A DNA stretch of 64,000 bases from Actinomycetes bacterium (GTDB taxonomy: Bacteria; Actinomycetota; Acidimicrobiia; Acidimicrobiales; GCA-2861595). Shown piece by piece: positions 51,408 through 62,444 of this stretch. Location of the stretch: the NCBI GenBank assembly GCA_023264975.1, contig JAHFUS010000007.1, forward strand, positions 11,948-75,947, in the 5' to 3' direction. Positions within the stretch are counted from its first letter, which is position 1, and each line of letters starts with the position of its first letter. The notes beneath the pieces are model-generated. The model was not told where the DNA came from. It saw only the letters and a program-made list of their open reading frames with translations, and searched no databases. A program made the position numbers and the translations under genes.

Positions 51408-51437
51408 GGTGCGGTGCGGTGCGGTGCGGTGCGGTGT
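51408..51437. repeat. Pentanucleotide tandem repeat (GGTGC)5 + GGTGT
   Basis: Read directly from the sequence: five perfect copies and one imperfect copy, in the divergent galU / fmdB-like intergenic region. Confidence 0.9.
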
Positions 51438-51469
51438 GGATGTCGGCGTCGCTTGTAGACTGGTCCGCC

Positions 51470-51870
<401 letters not shown>

Positions 51871-51874
<4 letters not shown>

Positions 51875-52680
51875 GCCGCCCGACGGCGGAGATCGGTGTC
51901 TTCGGCGGTTCCGGCTTCTACGCCTTCCTCGACGACGTCACCACGGTCGCCGTCCACACGCCCTACGGGGCGCCCTCGGCGCCGATCGCCATCGGCACGA
52001 TGAGGGACCGGTCGGTGGCGTTCCTGCCTCGTCACGGCGTTCACCACGAGTTGCCGCCGCACAAGGTGAACTACCGGGCCAACGTCTGGGCCATGCGTGA
52101 AGTGGGCGTGCGCCGGCTGATCGGGCCCTGCGCGGCCGGGTCGTTGAAGCCGGATGTGAAGCCCGGGGAGTTCGTGCTTGTCGACCAGTTGGTGGACCGC
52201 ACCTCGGGCCGGGCCGACACGTTCTACGACGGCGGCGCCGTGCACCACGTGTCGTTCGCCGACCCCTACTGCCCCGACCTGCGGACCGCCTTGTCGGCCA
52301 GCGCATCCGAGGCCGGCGTCACGGTGCACGAGCGGGGCACGGTCGTGGTGGTCCAGGGCCCCCGGTTCTCGACCCGGGCCGAGTCGTCGTGGTACCGCTC
52401 GGCCGGTTGGGAGGTCATCAATATGACCCAGTACCCCGAGGCCTACCTCGCCCGGGAACTCGGGCTCTGTTACGCGTGCGTGGCGCTTATCACCGACTAC
52501 GACACCGGCCTCGAAGGGGTCGACGGCATCGAGCCCGTCACCATGGACGTCGTGTTCGAGGTCCTGGCCAGGAACGTCGAGCGCACCCGCTCGCTGCTGT
52601 TCGCGGCCATCCCCGGGCTCTCGTCGTCGCCCTCGTGCTCGTGCGCATCGGCCCTTTCCAGCGGGCCGCTCGGGGCGTAG
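51871..52680 (+). CDS. mtnP: S-methyl-5'-thioadenosine phosphorylase
   Basis: IGVFGGSGFY...FLPRHG..H..PPH.VNYRAN.WA....GV...I...A.GSL and QGPRFSTRAES motifs. GTGA overlap with the upstream stop. Confidence 0.85.
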
Positions 52681-52738
52681 TCTCCGGCCAGGCCGCTTCC
52701 CCCCCTCCCTCCATCCTCGTCCGAGGAAGGAGCGCCCC

Positions 52739-53401
52739 GTGCGCCTCCGCCGTTCACCGCTCCCGTTCTGGGTGCTGTCCCTCGCGCTCGCTGCAGGTAC
52801 CGGTCTCACCGTCTCCCGTCTCGTAGGGGAGGCGTCCGCCCGCGCCGCACGACTCGGCGGACTGGTCGACGTCGCCGTAGCGGCGCGGCCCGTCGAGGCC
52901 GGCGACGTGGTGCGGGTCGCCGACGTGGCCGTGCGGCGCCTGCCCGCCGGCGCCCTTCCCGACGCTCCGGTGGCGGCGTCGCCGGCAGGCAGGGTGGCCC
53001 TCGTCCCCATCGTGACCGGCGAGGTGCTCCTGGCGGCCAAGCTGGCGCCCGAGGGCCTGAGGGGCGTGGCTGCGCTGGTGCCGCCCGGGCAGCGGGCGCT
53101 CGCCGTGCCGGTGGACCGGGGCGGCCTGACCCTGCGCCCGGGCGACCGGGTCGACGTGCTGGCCACCTTCGACGTCGCCGCCGGCGACCCCGTGGGGGCA
53201 GGCGCCGGCGGGGCGACCCCACCGGTGGCGGAGGCAGACGCCGGCGCCGAGCCGGCGCCCACGTTCCCGGTGGCGCTGGGCGCCCTGGTCGTCGGCGTCG
53301 GCGACGAGGCCGTCACCGTCGCCGTCAGCCCCGAGGAGGTGCCCAGGGTCGCCTTCGCCCTCGCACGGGGAACCGTGGCGCTGGCCCTCGCCGGGGCCTA
53401 G
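52739..53401 (+). CDS. SAF-domain / CpaB(RcpC)-like protein
   Basis: N-terminal TM segment, then a SAF-like segment (VDVAVAARPVEAGDVVRVADV) and a CpaB-like C-terminus (GQRALAVPVD...GDRVDVLATF). Confidence 0.55.
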   Translation: MRLRRSPLPFWVLSLALAAGTGLTVSRLVGEASARAARLGGLVDVAVAARPVEAGDVVRVADVAVRRLPAGALPDAPVAASPAGRVALVPIVTGEVLLAAKLAPEGLRGVAALVPPGQRALAVPVDRGGLTLRPGDRVDVLATFDVAAGDPVGAGAGGATPPVAEADAGAEPAPTFPVALGALVVGVGDEAVTVAVSPEEVPRVAFALARGTVALALAGA

Positions 53402-53493
53402 AGTCGACGGGCGTCGCCCACTGCGGAGGGCGGCCGCGGCCCCCACTGGCCAGCCGATCGGTACCGTGACGGTCCCGATCCGCTGACCAGTCC

Positions 53494-55167
53494 TCAGGTG
53501 CGCCGGCCGGCCGGCGCCCCCGGCTCGAAGCGCGGGAGGGTGGGCAGCGACGACGTCAGCCCACCCTCGCACCGGCTGAGGCGGATCCGGCCGGCGCTGC
53601 GGTCAAGCCAGGCGGCCACGCACAGGACCTCGTCGGCGAGGTCGCGGGGCAGCGGCCCGTCGGGAGGCGAGGGCGGACCGGCTGGATCGTCGGCCTCGGC
53701 GAACGGGAGCATGCTCGGTTCCGTGGCCTCCCAGGCGCTGACCAGCCGGCCGCCGTCGAGGACCGCCCCGCCCTCGCCCTCGACCTCCAGGCGCATCCGA
53801 CCGGCCGTCCGGAGTGCGTCGAGGCGGCGCTGGCGGACCAGGGTGGAGGCGAGGGCGGCGGCCCGCTCCCGGGTGGCGGCCGCTTCCTCGTAGCGCCGGT
53901 CGGCGGCCAGCGCCCGCATGCGCAGCGCCAGGGGTCCGAGCAGGCGCTGCGGTTCGACAGTGAGGCCCCGCACCACGCTGTCGACCACAGCCGGATAGCC
54001 GGCCGCATCGGCGCCGCCGGCGCACGGGCAGGCGGCCACGCCGAGCTGGGCCGGCGCACAGGGCGCAGCCGCCGGGTTGCGGCCCGGCTTCTTGGTGCAG
54101 CGGCGGATGAGGGTGGCCGACTGCACCGCCTCGATCACCAATTGCGCGGTGCGGGCCGACGACACGGGGCCGAGGTAGAGGCAGCCGTCGCCCTCCTTCG
54201 GCGTGCGCACCACCGACAGGCGGGGGAAGCGTTCGTCGAGGGTGAGCTTCACGTAGGTGTAGCGCCGCCAGTCCTTCGACCGCCGGTTGTACCGGGGCCG
54301 TAACTCGTGGATCTTGCGTACCTCGAGCACCGAGGCCTCGAGGTCGCCGCTGCACACCACGTGGTCGACGGCCGCCGTCTCCCGCAGCAGCTGGCCCACC
54401 TTGCGCCGCTCGTCGCCCGAGAAGTACGACCGCACCCGCCGGCGAAGGTTCGTCGCCTTGCCGACGTAGAGCACGCGGCCGCCGCCGTCACGGAAGAAGT
54501 ACACGCCCGGCCGACGGGGCAGGTCCTTCACCAGGCGGAGCTTGGCCACCATGGGATGGCCCTGGACAGTTGGCAGCTCCAGCAGGTCGTCGAGCGCCAG
54601 CACCCCGAGCCGGCCCGCCCGCTCGAGCAGGCAGTGGAGGACCTCGCCGGTGGCCAGGGCATCGTCGAGCGCCCGGTGGGTGGGCCTGTGGCTCACGCGG
54701 AGGTGGGCGGCTAGGGTGGCCAGCTTGCAGTTGGGCACCTCGTCGGCCACCAGGCGCCGCGCCAGCGCACAGGTGTCGACCCAGCGGTTGGTGAGGCCGG
54801 GCCGCTCCGTCGCCCGTAGGGCGGCGGCCAGGAACCGGAGGTCGAAGCGCACGTTGTGGCCCACGACGACGGCGTCGCCGAGGAACTCGAGGAACGTGGG
54901 CAGCACCGCCTCCACCGGCGGCGCCGCCTGCACCATGGTCTCGGTGATGCCGGTGAGATAGGTGATTTCCGGCGGGATGCACTGGCCTGGGTCCACCAGC
55001 GTCTGGAACGTGCCGAGGCACTCGCCGCCACGCAGTTTCACGGCGCCGATCTCGGTGATCTTCGAGCGGCCCGCCTCGCATCCCGTCGTCTCCAGGTCGA
55101 GCACCACGAAGGTGACCTGGTGTAGCGGCGTGCCCAGGTCGTCGAACGATCGCTGGACCACTGCCAT
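53494..55167 (-). CDS. DEDD (DnaQ-like) exonuclease fused to a GIY-YIG (UvrC/Cho-like) domain
   Basis: Exo motifs FVVLDLETTG, VGHNVRFDLRFL and HRALDDA, followed by GVYFFRDGGGRVLYVGKATNLRRRVRSYF. Confidence 0.8.
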   Translation of the reverse strand: MAVVQRSFDDLGTPLHQVTFVVLDLETTGCEAGRSKITEIGAVKLRGGECLGTFQTLVDPGQCIPPEITYLTGITETMVQAAPPVEAVLPTFLEFLGDAVVVGHNVRFDLRFLAAALRATERPGLTNRWVDTCALARRLVADEVPNCKLATLAAHLRVSHRPTHRALDDALATGEVLHCLLERAGRLGVLALDDLLELPTVQGHPMVAKLRLVKDLPRRPGVYFFRDGGGRVLYVGKATNLRRRVRSYFSGDERRKVGQLLRETAAVDHVVCSGDLEASVLEVRKIHELRPRYNRRSKDWRRYTYVKLTLDERFPRLSVVRTPKEGDGCLYLGPVSSARTAQLVIEAVQSATLIRRCTKKPGRNPAAAPCAPAQLGVAACPCAGGADAAGYPAVVDSVVRGLTVEPQRLLGPLALRMRALAADRRYEEAAATRERAAALASTLVRQRRLDALRTAGRMRLEVEGEGGAVLDGGRLVSAWEATEPSMLPFAEADDPAGPPSPPDGPLPRDLADEVLCVAAWLDRSAGRIRLSRCEGGLTSSLPTLPRFEPGAPAGRRT

Positions 55168-55290
55168 GGCGGGGCACTGTAAGCGAACAAGTGTTCGCCG
55201 ACAAGCCACGGGTTCTGGTCAGCGAAACGGCGCTGCGCCGGTACCCTTCGGCTGACCAGAGGGGCGAGGAGCTGCGGGTACCTTGACCGG

Positions 55291-56076
55291 GTGCCGGAGT
55301 TGCCCGAGGTCGAGGCATATCGGGTGCTAGCCGAGTCAGCCTTGCGGCGCCCCGTTTCCGGTGTCGATGCCCCCGACGGTTGGTTCCTCAAGGGCGGCAT
55401 CGACGCGTCTGCGGTGTCCGCCGCCCTGTCGGGTCGCTCCCTCACGGCTGCCCGCCGGCGGGGCAAGCTCCTGCTGCTCGACACGTCCGGCGACGGACCC
55501 GTGCTCGGCCTCCGGTTCGGGATGACCGGCCGTCTCGTGGTGGACGGGCGGGCCGGCGTCGACAGGCTCCTCTACTCGAGCGATCAGGGCCTGTCGGCCT
55601 GGGACCGCTTCGCCGTGCAGTTCGCCGACGGCGGCGACCTGCGGGTGCACGACCCCCGCCGGCTCGGTGGCGTGTTCCTCGACCCCGACGAGGGGCGGCT
55701 CGGTGTCGACGCGCTCACCATCACGCCCGCTGCCCTGCGCTCCGCCCTGGCGCGGAGCACGGCGCCCCTCAAGGCCCGCCTCATGGACCAGGCCCGCCTG
55801 GCCGGCGTGGGGAACCTGCTGGCCGACGAGACGCTGTGGCGGGCCGGGCTCGACCCCCGCCGGCCGGCGGGCGGGCTGACCCCGGCCGAGCTCCGCCGTC
55901 TCCACAGGCACCTGCGGGGCTCGGTGGCCGATCTCATCGAGCGGGGCGGGTCCCACTCGGGCGATCTCATGCCGGCCCGAGCCGCCGGCGGGGTCTGCCC
56001 CCGCGACGGCGCCGAATTGTCGCGCGCCACCGTGGGCGGTCGCACCACGTGGTGGTGCCCGAAGCACCAACGCTGA
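55291..56076 (+). CDS. Formamidopyrimidine-DNA glycosylase family (Fpg/Nei)
   Basis: N-terminus (M)PELPEVE. H2TH GVGNLLADETLWRAGL. C-terminal zinc finger CPRDG...WWCPKHQ. Confidence 0.85.
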   Translation: MPELPEVEAYRVLAESALRRPVSGVDAPDGWFLKGGIDASAVSAALSGRSLTAARRRGKLLLLDTSGDGPVLGLRFGMTGRLVVDGRAGVDRLLYSSDQGLSAWDRFAVQFADGGDLRVHDPRRLGGVFLDPDEGRLGVDALTITPAALRSALARSTAPLKARLMDQARLAGVGNLLADETLWRAGLDPRRPAGGLTPAELRRLHRHLRGSVADLIERGGSHSGDLMPARAAGGVCPRDGAELSRATVGGRTTWWCPKHQR

Positions 56077-56095
56077 GGACGCGCCAGCGGGGCAG

Positions 56096-56284
56096 CTATG
56101 CCCGGGAGACGTATCTCCGGAGCACGAAGATCAAGCCGACGAACAGCAGAAGAGTGATTACGAAGTTGCCCGGCGTCGGGATGGCGACGTAGCCGAAGTA
56201 GCCGACGCCAAGGTCGTAGATGAGCGTGGACCCAAGGAGTAAGGCGCCCGTGGCGAGCACGAGCCGGAGGAAGAACCGGCCCAC
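56096..56284 (-). CDS. Small two-TM membrane protein
   Basis: 62 aa with two hydrophobic helices. Unusually low GC for this window. Confidence 0.4.
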   Translation of the reverse strand: MGRFFLRLVLATGALLLGSTLIYDLGVGYFGYVAIPTPGNFVITLLLFVGLIFVLRRYVSRA

Positions 56285-56366
56285 CAGGCGCCGTTCCTGC
56301 GCTGGTCGTGCCTCTCCTTCATCATGCCTCGCGGCCGATCGTGGCGCGCTTGCCCGACCGACTCAA

Positions 56367-58193
<1,827 letters not shown>

Positions 58194-58376
58194 GGGGGCC
58201 TTCTCGAGATCGGGTCGTCCCCCTGCGCTCGGGCGCGGAGACGAGCAGGAACCCCCCATGGTACGTGGTCGGGACCGCGAGGGCCTCATTGCCCGGCCCG
58301 CGGCCCGGCCCCACCGTGTGTGACCATCGGGGATGGCCCAATCCGCGGCGTCCGAGCGTGCCGAAGAACCGTCGCC

Positions 58377-58712
58377 GTGCTGAACAGATGGGTGCTCATC
58401 GTGTTCGCCCCCATCCTGGTGCTCGTGGGCGTGCTCGGCTTCGTCCAGCGCGGCGAGGGCAGCACGAGTTCGGCGCCGGGGTACAACGTGTTCCACCTGG
58501 TGTTCGGGGCCATCGGCCTCGCCGTCGTCGTGTCCTGCACCAACTCCTCGGCCCGGACCTTCAACATCACCTTCGGCGTTGTCGACCTCTACCAGGCGCT
58601 GGCCAGCCGCCTCGGTTGGTTCCCGAAGGACCTCTTCCGCTGGAAGCACCTCGACGACGTGCTGCACGTGGTGATCGGCTCGCTGCTCGTGCTGGTGGGT
58701 CTGGTGGGCTGA
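58377..58712 (+). CDS. DUF4383-like membrane protein
   Basis: Four hydrophobic segments with [13 protein letters not shown] and DVLHVVIG motifs. GTG 58377. Confidence 0.55.
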   Translation: MLNRWVLIVFAPILVLVGVLGFVQRGEGSTSSAPGYNVFHLVFGAIGLAVVVSCTNSSARTFNITFGVVDLYQALASRLGWFPKDLFRWKHLDDVLHVVIGSLLVLVGLVG

Positions 58713-58821
58713 GCGCCGGCCGGCCGAATCGGACGTCGGTTTGTGGCCTGCGCGTGGCCCGACCCGCTCAAGAGGCGGCGACGGCCGCCCGCTCACCTTG
58801 CCTGACCAGCACCTTCAAGGG

Positions 58822-58893
58822 CGCCCTCGGCAGGACTCGAACCTGCGCCACCGGCTCCGGAGGCCGGTGCTCTATCCGCTGAGCTACGAGGGC
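58822..58893 (-). tRNA. tRNA-Arg (anticodon CCG)
   Basis: Reverse complement is GCCCTCGTAGCTCAGCGGATAGAGCACCGGCCTCCGGAGCCGGTGGCGCAGGTTCGAGTCCTGCCGAGGGCG. It folds as a cloverleaf with anticodon loop CTCCGGA. Confidence 0.85.
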
Positions 58894-58942
58894 AACAGCG
58901 ATCCGATCCTAGGGGAACGCCGGGAAGCCTAGGATTGGCCGG

Positions 58943-59314
58943 GTGGTGGGCACAGTGCTGGTGGTGGACGACGATCCTGTCATCCAGCGCCTGTTGCGGG
59001 TGAACTTCGAGATGGAGGGCTACGAGGTCATCGTGGCCAGTGACGGCATGGACGGTCTCGAACGGGCCCGGGCCGAGCACCCCGACATCGTCGTGCTCGA
59101 CATCATGATGCCGAAGATGAGTGGCCTCGAGGTCGCCAAGGCCCTGAAGGCCGATCCCGACACCGCCTGGATCCCCGTGCTCCTCCTGTCGGCAAAGGCA
59201 CAGGAGGCAGACCTGCGGGCGGGCGACGAGAGCGGCGCCGACGGGTACCTCACCAAGCCGTTCGACCCGCTTCAGTTGCTCCAGCGGGTCGAGGAGCTCC
59301 TCGCAGGGCGTTGA
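58943..59314 (+). CDS. Stand-alone response regulator receiver domain (CheY-like)
   Basis: VLVVDDD, DIVVLDIMMPKMSG, LLLSAK and YLTKPF receiver motifs. Confidence 0.85.
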   Translation: MVGTVLVVDDDPVIQRLLRVNFEMEGYEVIVASDGMDGLERARAEHPDIVVLDIMMPKMSGLEVAKALKADPDTAWIPVLLLSAKAQEADLRAGDESGADGYLTKPFDPLQLLQRVEELLAGR

Positions 59315-59383
59315 CGGGCATTCCGAAGCGATCTGGCTCCGGATTCCGGGTGCAGACTGCTCTGGAATCTCGGATGAGCCCGG

Positions 59384-61132
59384 CTACATCCGCTCGGGCG
59401 CCTCGATCCCGAGCAGCCCGAGCCCGAGGCGCAGCGTCCGGCCGGTGAGGTCGGTGAGCGCCAGGCGCGAGGCGCGCTGCTCCGGCGTGTCTGCCCGGAG
59501 CACTGGGCACTGGTCGAAGAAGGTGGTGAAGGCGCTGGCCAGCTCGAACAGGTAGGTGGTGAGGCGGTGGGGCTGGAGCGTCTCGGCCGTCGAGTGCACC
59601 ACGACTTCGAGGGCCAGCAGCTGGAGCACGAGCGCCCGCTCCGCCGGCTCGGTGACCACCACGGGGGCGCTGGTGGCCGGGGTGACGCCCTGCTCGGCGG
59701 CGCGACGGGCCAAGGACCGGGTCCGCACGTGGGCGTACTGGAGGTACGGGCCCGTGTTGCCGTCCATGGCGAGCATGCGGTCGAGATCGAACACGTAGTC
59801 CTTGGCCCGGTCGTTGCTGAGATCGGCGTACTTGATAGCGCCCACGCCGACCTGGCGGGCGACCTCGGAGCGGGTCGCCTCGTCGAGTTCGCCCCGGTCC
59901 GCCACCACCGCCTCGGCCCGCTCGATCGCCTCCCGCAGGAGGGCGACCAGCTTCACCGTGCCGCCGGCGCGGGTCTTGAACGGCCTGCCGTCCGGCCCGA
60001 GGACGGCGCCGAAGGCCACGTGCTCGGCCCGCCTGGCGTCGCCCAGCCACCCGGCCATCTCGCCCGCCTTGAACAGCAGGGCGAAGTGCTGGCTCTGGCG
60101 GGCGTCGACCACGTAGATGATCCGGTCGGCACCCAGCGCACTCACCCGGTAGCGCAGGGCGGCCAGGTCGGTGGCGTCGTAGCCGAACCCGCCGTCGGAC
60201 TTGCGCACCATGAGCGGGAAGGGCTTGCCGTCACGGCCGGCGAAGCCGGGTGGGAACACGCAGAGGGCGCCCTCGTCGACGACGGCCAGGCCCTTGTCCA
60301 CCAGGTCGTCGGCCACGTCGGCCAGCATCGGGTTGTAGAAGCTCTCGCCGGCGATGTCGTCGTCGGTCAAACGCACGCCGAGCAGCTCGTAGACCGTCGA
60401 GAAGTACCGGGTGGACAGATCGATGAGCAGCTGCCAGTGGGCCAGCGTGGTGGGGTCGCCGCCCTGCAGGGCCACCACCCGCGAGCGGGCCCGCTCGGCG
60501 AACGCAGGGTCGGCGTCGAACTTCGCCTTGGCCTGCTGGTAGAAGGCCTCAAGGTCGCCGAGCGACAGCTCCGCCGCCGCCTCGTCCTCACCGAGGTCGC
60601 CGAGATGCTCGATGAGCATGCCGAAGTTGGTGCCCCAGTCGCCCAGGTGGTTCTGGCGGATCACCCGGTGGCCGAGGAACTCGAGCACCCGCACGATGGC
60701 GTCGCCGATGATCGTGCTGCGCAGGTGGCCGACGTGCATCTCCTTTGCCACGTTCGGCTGCGAGTAGTCGACGACCACGGTCTCCGCCGTCGCAGCCGGG
60801 CGGACGCCGAGGCGGTCGTCGCCCGCCAGCTCCGTGGCCTTGGCGCCCAGGTACGCGGGCAGCAGGCGGATGTTGATGAAGCCGGGGCCCGCGACCTCGG
60901 GGGGCTCGGCCACGCCGTCGAGGTCGAGATGCCCGACGATGGCGGTGGCGACCTCCCGGGGACTGCGATCGAGCGCCTTACCAAGCGCCATGGCGCCGTT
61001 CGCCTGGTAGTCGCCGAACGTGGCCTGTGCCGACCGGCGCAGCACGGGATCGACCACCGCGTGCTCGGTGCCGAAGGCCATCCCGATGGCCCGGGAGAAG
61101 CGCGGGAGCAGGTCGTCGAGGGGGTCGGACAT
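59384..61132 (-). CDS. argS: Arginine--tRNA ligase
   Basis: NVAKEMHVGHLRS (HIGH-like) plus typical ArgRS N- and C-terminal domains, ending in ...GIEAPERM. Confidence 0.9.
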   Translation of the reverse strand: MSDPLDDLLPRFSRAIGMAFGTEHAVVDPVLRRSAQATFGDYQANGAMALGKALDRSPREVATAIVGHLDLDGVAEPPEVAGPGFINIRLLPAYLGAKATELAGDDRLGVRPAATAETVVVDYSQPNVAKEMHVGHLRSTIIGDAIVRVLEFLGHRVIRQNHLGDWGTNFGMLIEHLGDLGEDEAAAELSLGDLEAFYQQAKAKFDADPAFAERARSRVVALQGGDPTTLAHWQLLIDLSTRYFSTVYELLGVRLTDDDIAGESFYNPMLADVADDLVDKGLAVVDEGALCVFPPGFAGRDGKPFPLMVRKSDGGFGYDATDLAALRYRVSALGADRIIYVVDARQSQHFALLFKAGEMAGWLGDARRAEHVAFGAVLGPDGRPFKTRAGGTVKLVALLREAIERAEAVVADRGELDEATRSEVARQVGVGAIKYADLSNDRAKDYVFDLDRMLAMDGNTGPYLQYAHVRTRSLARRAAEQGVTPATSAPVVVTEPAERALVLQLLALEVVVHSTAETLQPHRLTTYLFELASAFTTFFDQCPVLRADTPEQRASRLALTDLTGRTLRLGLGLLGIEAPERM

Positions 61133-61156
61133 CCGTTCGACGGTAGCGTCAAACGC

Positions 61157-62437
61157 ATTCCGCCCTTACCGAGTTCCCTCCTACCGCTCACGTCGACGAT
61201 CGCGCCTGACGGGCGCCTGTCCATCGGCGGTGTCGACGTGGTCGCCCTGGCCGAGGAGCACGGCACGCCCCTATTCGTCTACGACGAGGAGCACCTCCGC
61301 CGCCGATGCCGGGAAGCGGTCGCCGCCTTCGGTGACGGCGTGGCCTACGCGTCCAAGGCATTCCTCTGCACGGCCATGGCCGCGCTGGCCCACCAGGAGG
61401 GCATGTGCATCGACGTCTCCACCGGCGGCGAGCTGCACGTCGCCCTGGCGGCCGGCGTCCCGGCGGACCGGCTGGTGCTGCATGGGAACAACAAATCCGA
61501 GGTCGAGCTGGCCCGCGCCGTCGAGGTGGGCGTGGGCCGCATCGTGGTGGACTCGTTCGCCGAGATCGACCGCTTGGAGGCTCTGGTCGCCGCCGGCGCA
61601 GCCCGCCCGGACCTGCTTGTCCGGGTGACGCCCGGGGTCGAGGCGCACACCCACGAGTACGTGCGCACGGGCCAGGAGGACACCAAGTTCGGCTTCAGCG
61701 TGGCCAGCGGCGCAGCGGGGGAGGCGGTGGCCCGCCTGCGGTCGGCCACGTCGCCGGGACGGCTGGTCGGCATCCACGCCCACATCGGCAGCCAGGTGTT
61801 CCTCCTCGCCTCCTTCGAGAAGGCCATCGAGGTGCTGGCCGCCTTCTTCGCACCGCTGGGTCTGCCGGAGCTATGCGTGGGCGGCGGCCTCGGGGTCGCT
61901 TATGTCGCGGGCGAGGAGTCGCCGTCCCTGGCGATGTGGGCCGACACCGTGCGCGCCGCATGTGAGGGCGCCGGTGTGCCCGCCGGCACCAACCTCACGG
62001 CCGAGCCCGGCCGGTCCATCGCCGCCGCCGCCGCCGTCACCTTGTACCGGGTCGGAACGGTGAAGCACCTCCCGGGCATCCGCACCTACGTGGCGGTCGA
62101 CGGCGGGATGAGCGACAACCCCCGTCCCGTGCTCTACGGCAGTGGCTATGAGGCCTTCTTGCCTCGCGCCACCCAGGCCGAGCGCCCGCTGGTCGCCACC
62201 GTTGTCGGCAAGCACTGCGAGTCGGGGGACGTGCTCGTGCGCGACGCCAGCCTTCCCGCCGACCTCGCCGTGGGCGATGTCCTGGCCACCCCGGTCACCG
62301 GCGCCTACGGCCACTCGATGGCCTCCACCTACAACAAGGTGCCGCGCCCGCCCGTGCTGTTCGTGCGGGACGGCGTCGCCCGCATGGTGGTGGTGCGGGA
62401 GTCCCTGGACGACCTGCTCCGGCTCGACCGCCCGTAG
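61157..62437 (+). CDS. lysA: Diaminopimelate decarboxylase; start uncertain (first canonical GTG at 61238)
   Basis: HGTPLFVYDEEHLRRR, AYASKAF, HGNNKS, HIGSQ, GGGLGV and CESGD motifs. LysA-like sequence (LPLTSTIAPDGRLSIGGVD) extends upstream of the first ATG/GTG. Confidence 0.85.
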   Translation: MPPLPSSLLPLTSTIAPDGRLSIGGVDVVALAEEHGTPLFVYDEEHLRRRCREAVAAFGDGVAYASKAFLCTAMAALAHQEGMCIDVSTGGELHVALAAGVPADRLVLHGNNKSEVELARAVEVGVGRIVVDSFAEIDRLEALVAAGAARPDLLVRVTPGVEAHTHEYVRTGQEDTKFGFSVASGAAGEAVARLRSATSPGRLVGIHAHIGSQVFLLASFEKAIEVLAAFFAPLGLPELCVGGGLGVAYVAGEESPSLAMWADTVRAACEGAGVPAGTNLTAEPGRSIAAAAAVTLYRVGTVKHLPGIRTYVAVDGGMSDNPRPVLYGSGYEAFLPRATQAERPLVATVVGKHCESGDVLVRDASLPADLAVGDVLATPVTGAYGHSMASTYNKVPRPPVLFVRDGVARMVVVRESLDDLLRLDRP

Positions 62438-62444
62438 CCGTCCG

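Noticed and set aside
59567-61131. N-terminal half of the 956-aa plus-strand ORF opposite argS
   Set aside because: Antisense shadow of argS. The LysA-like sequence begins only after about 61157.
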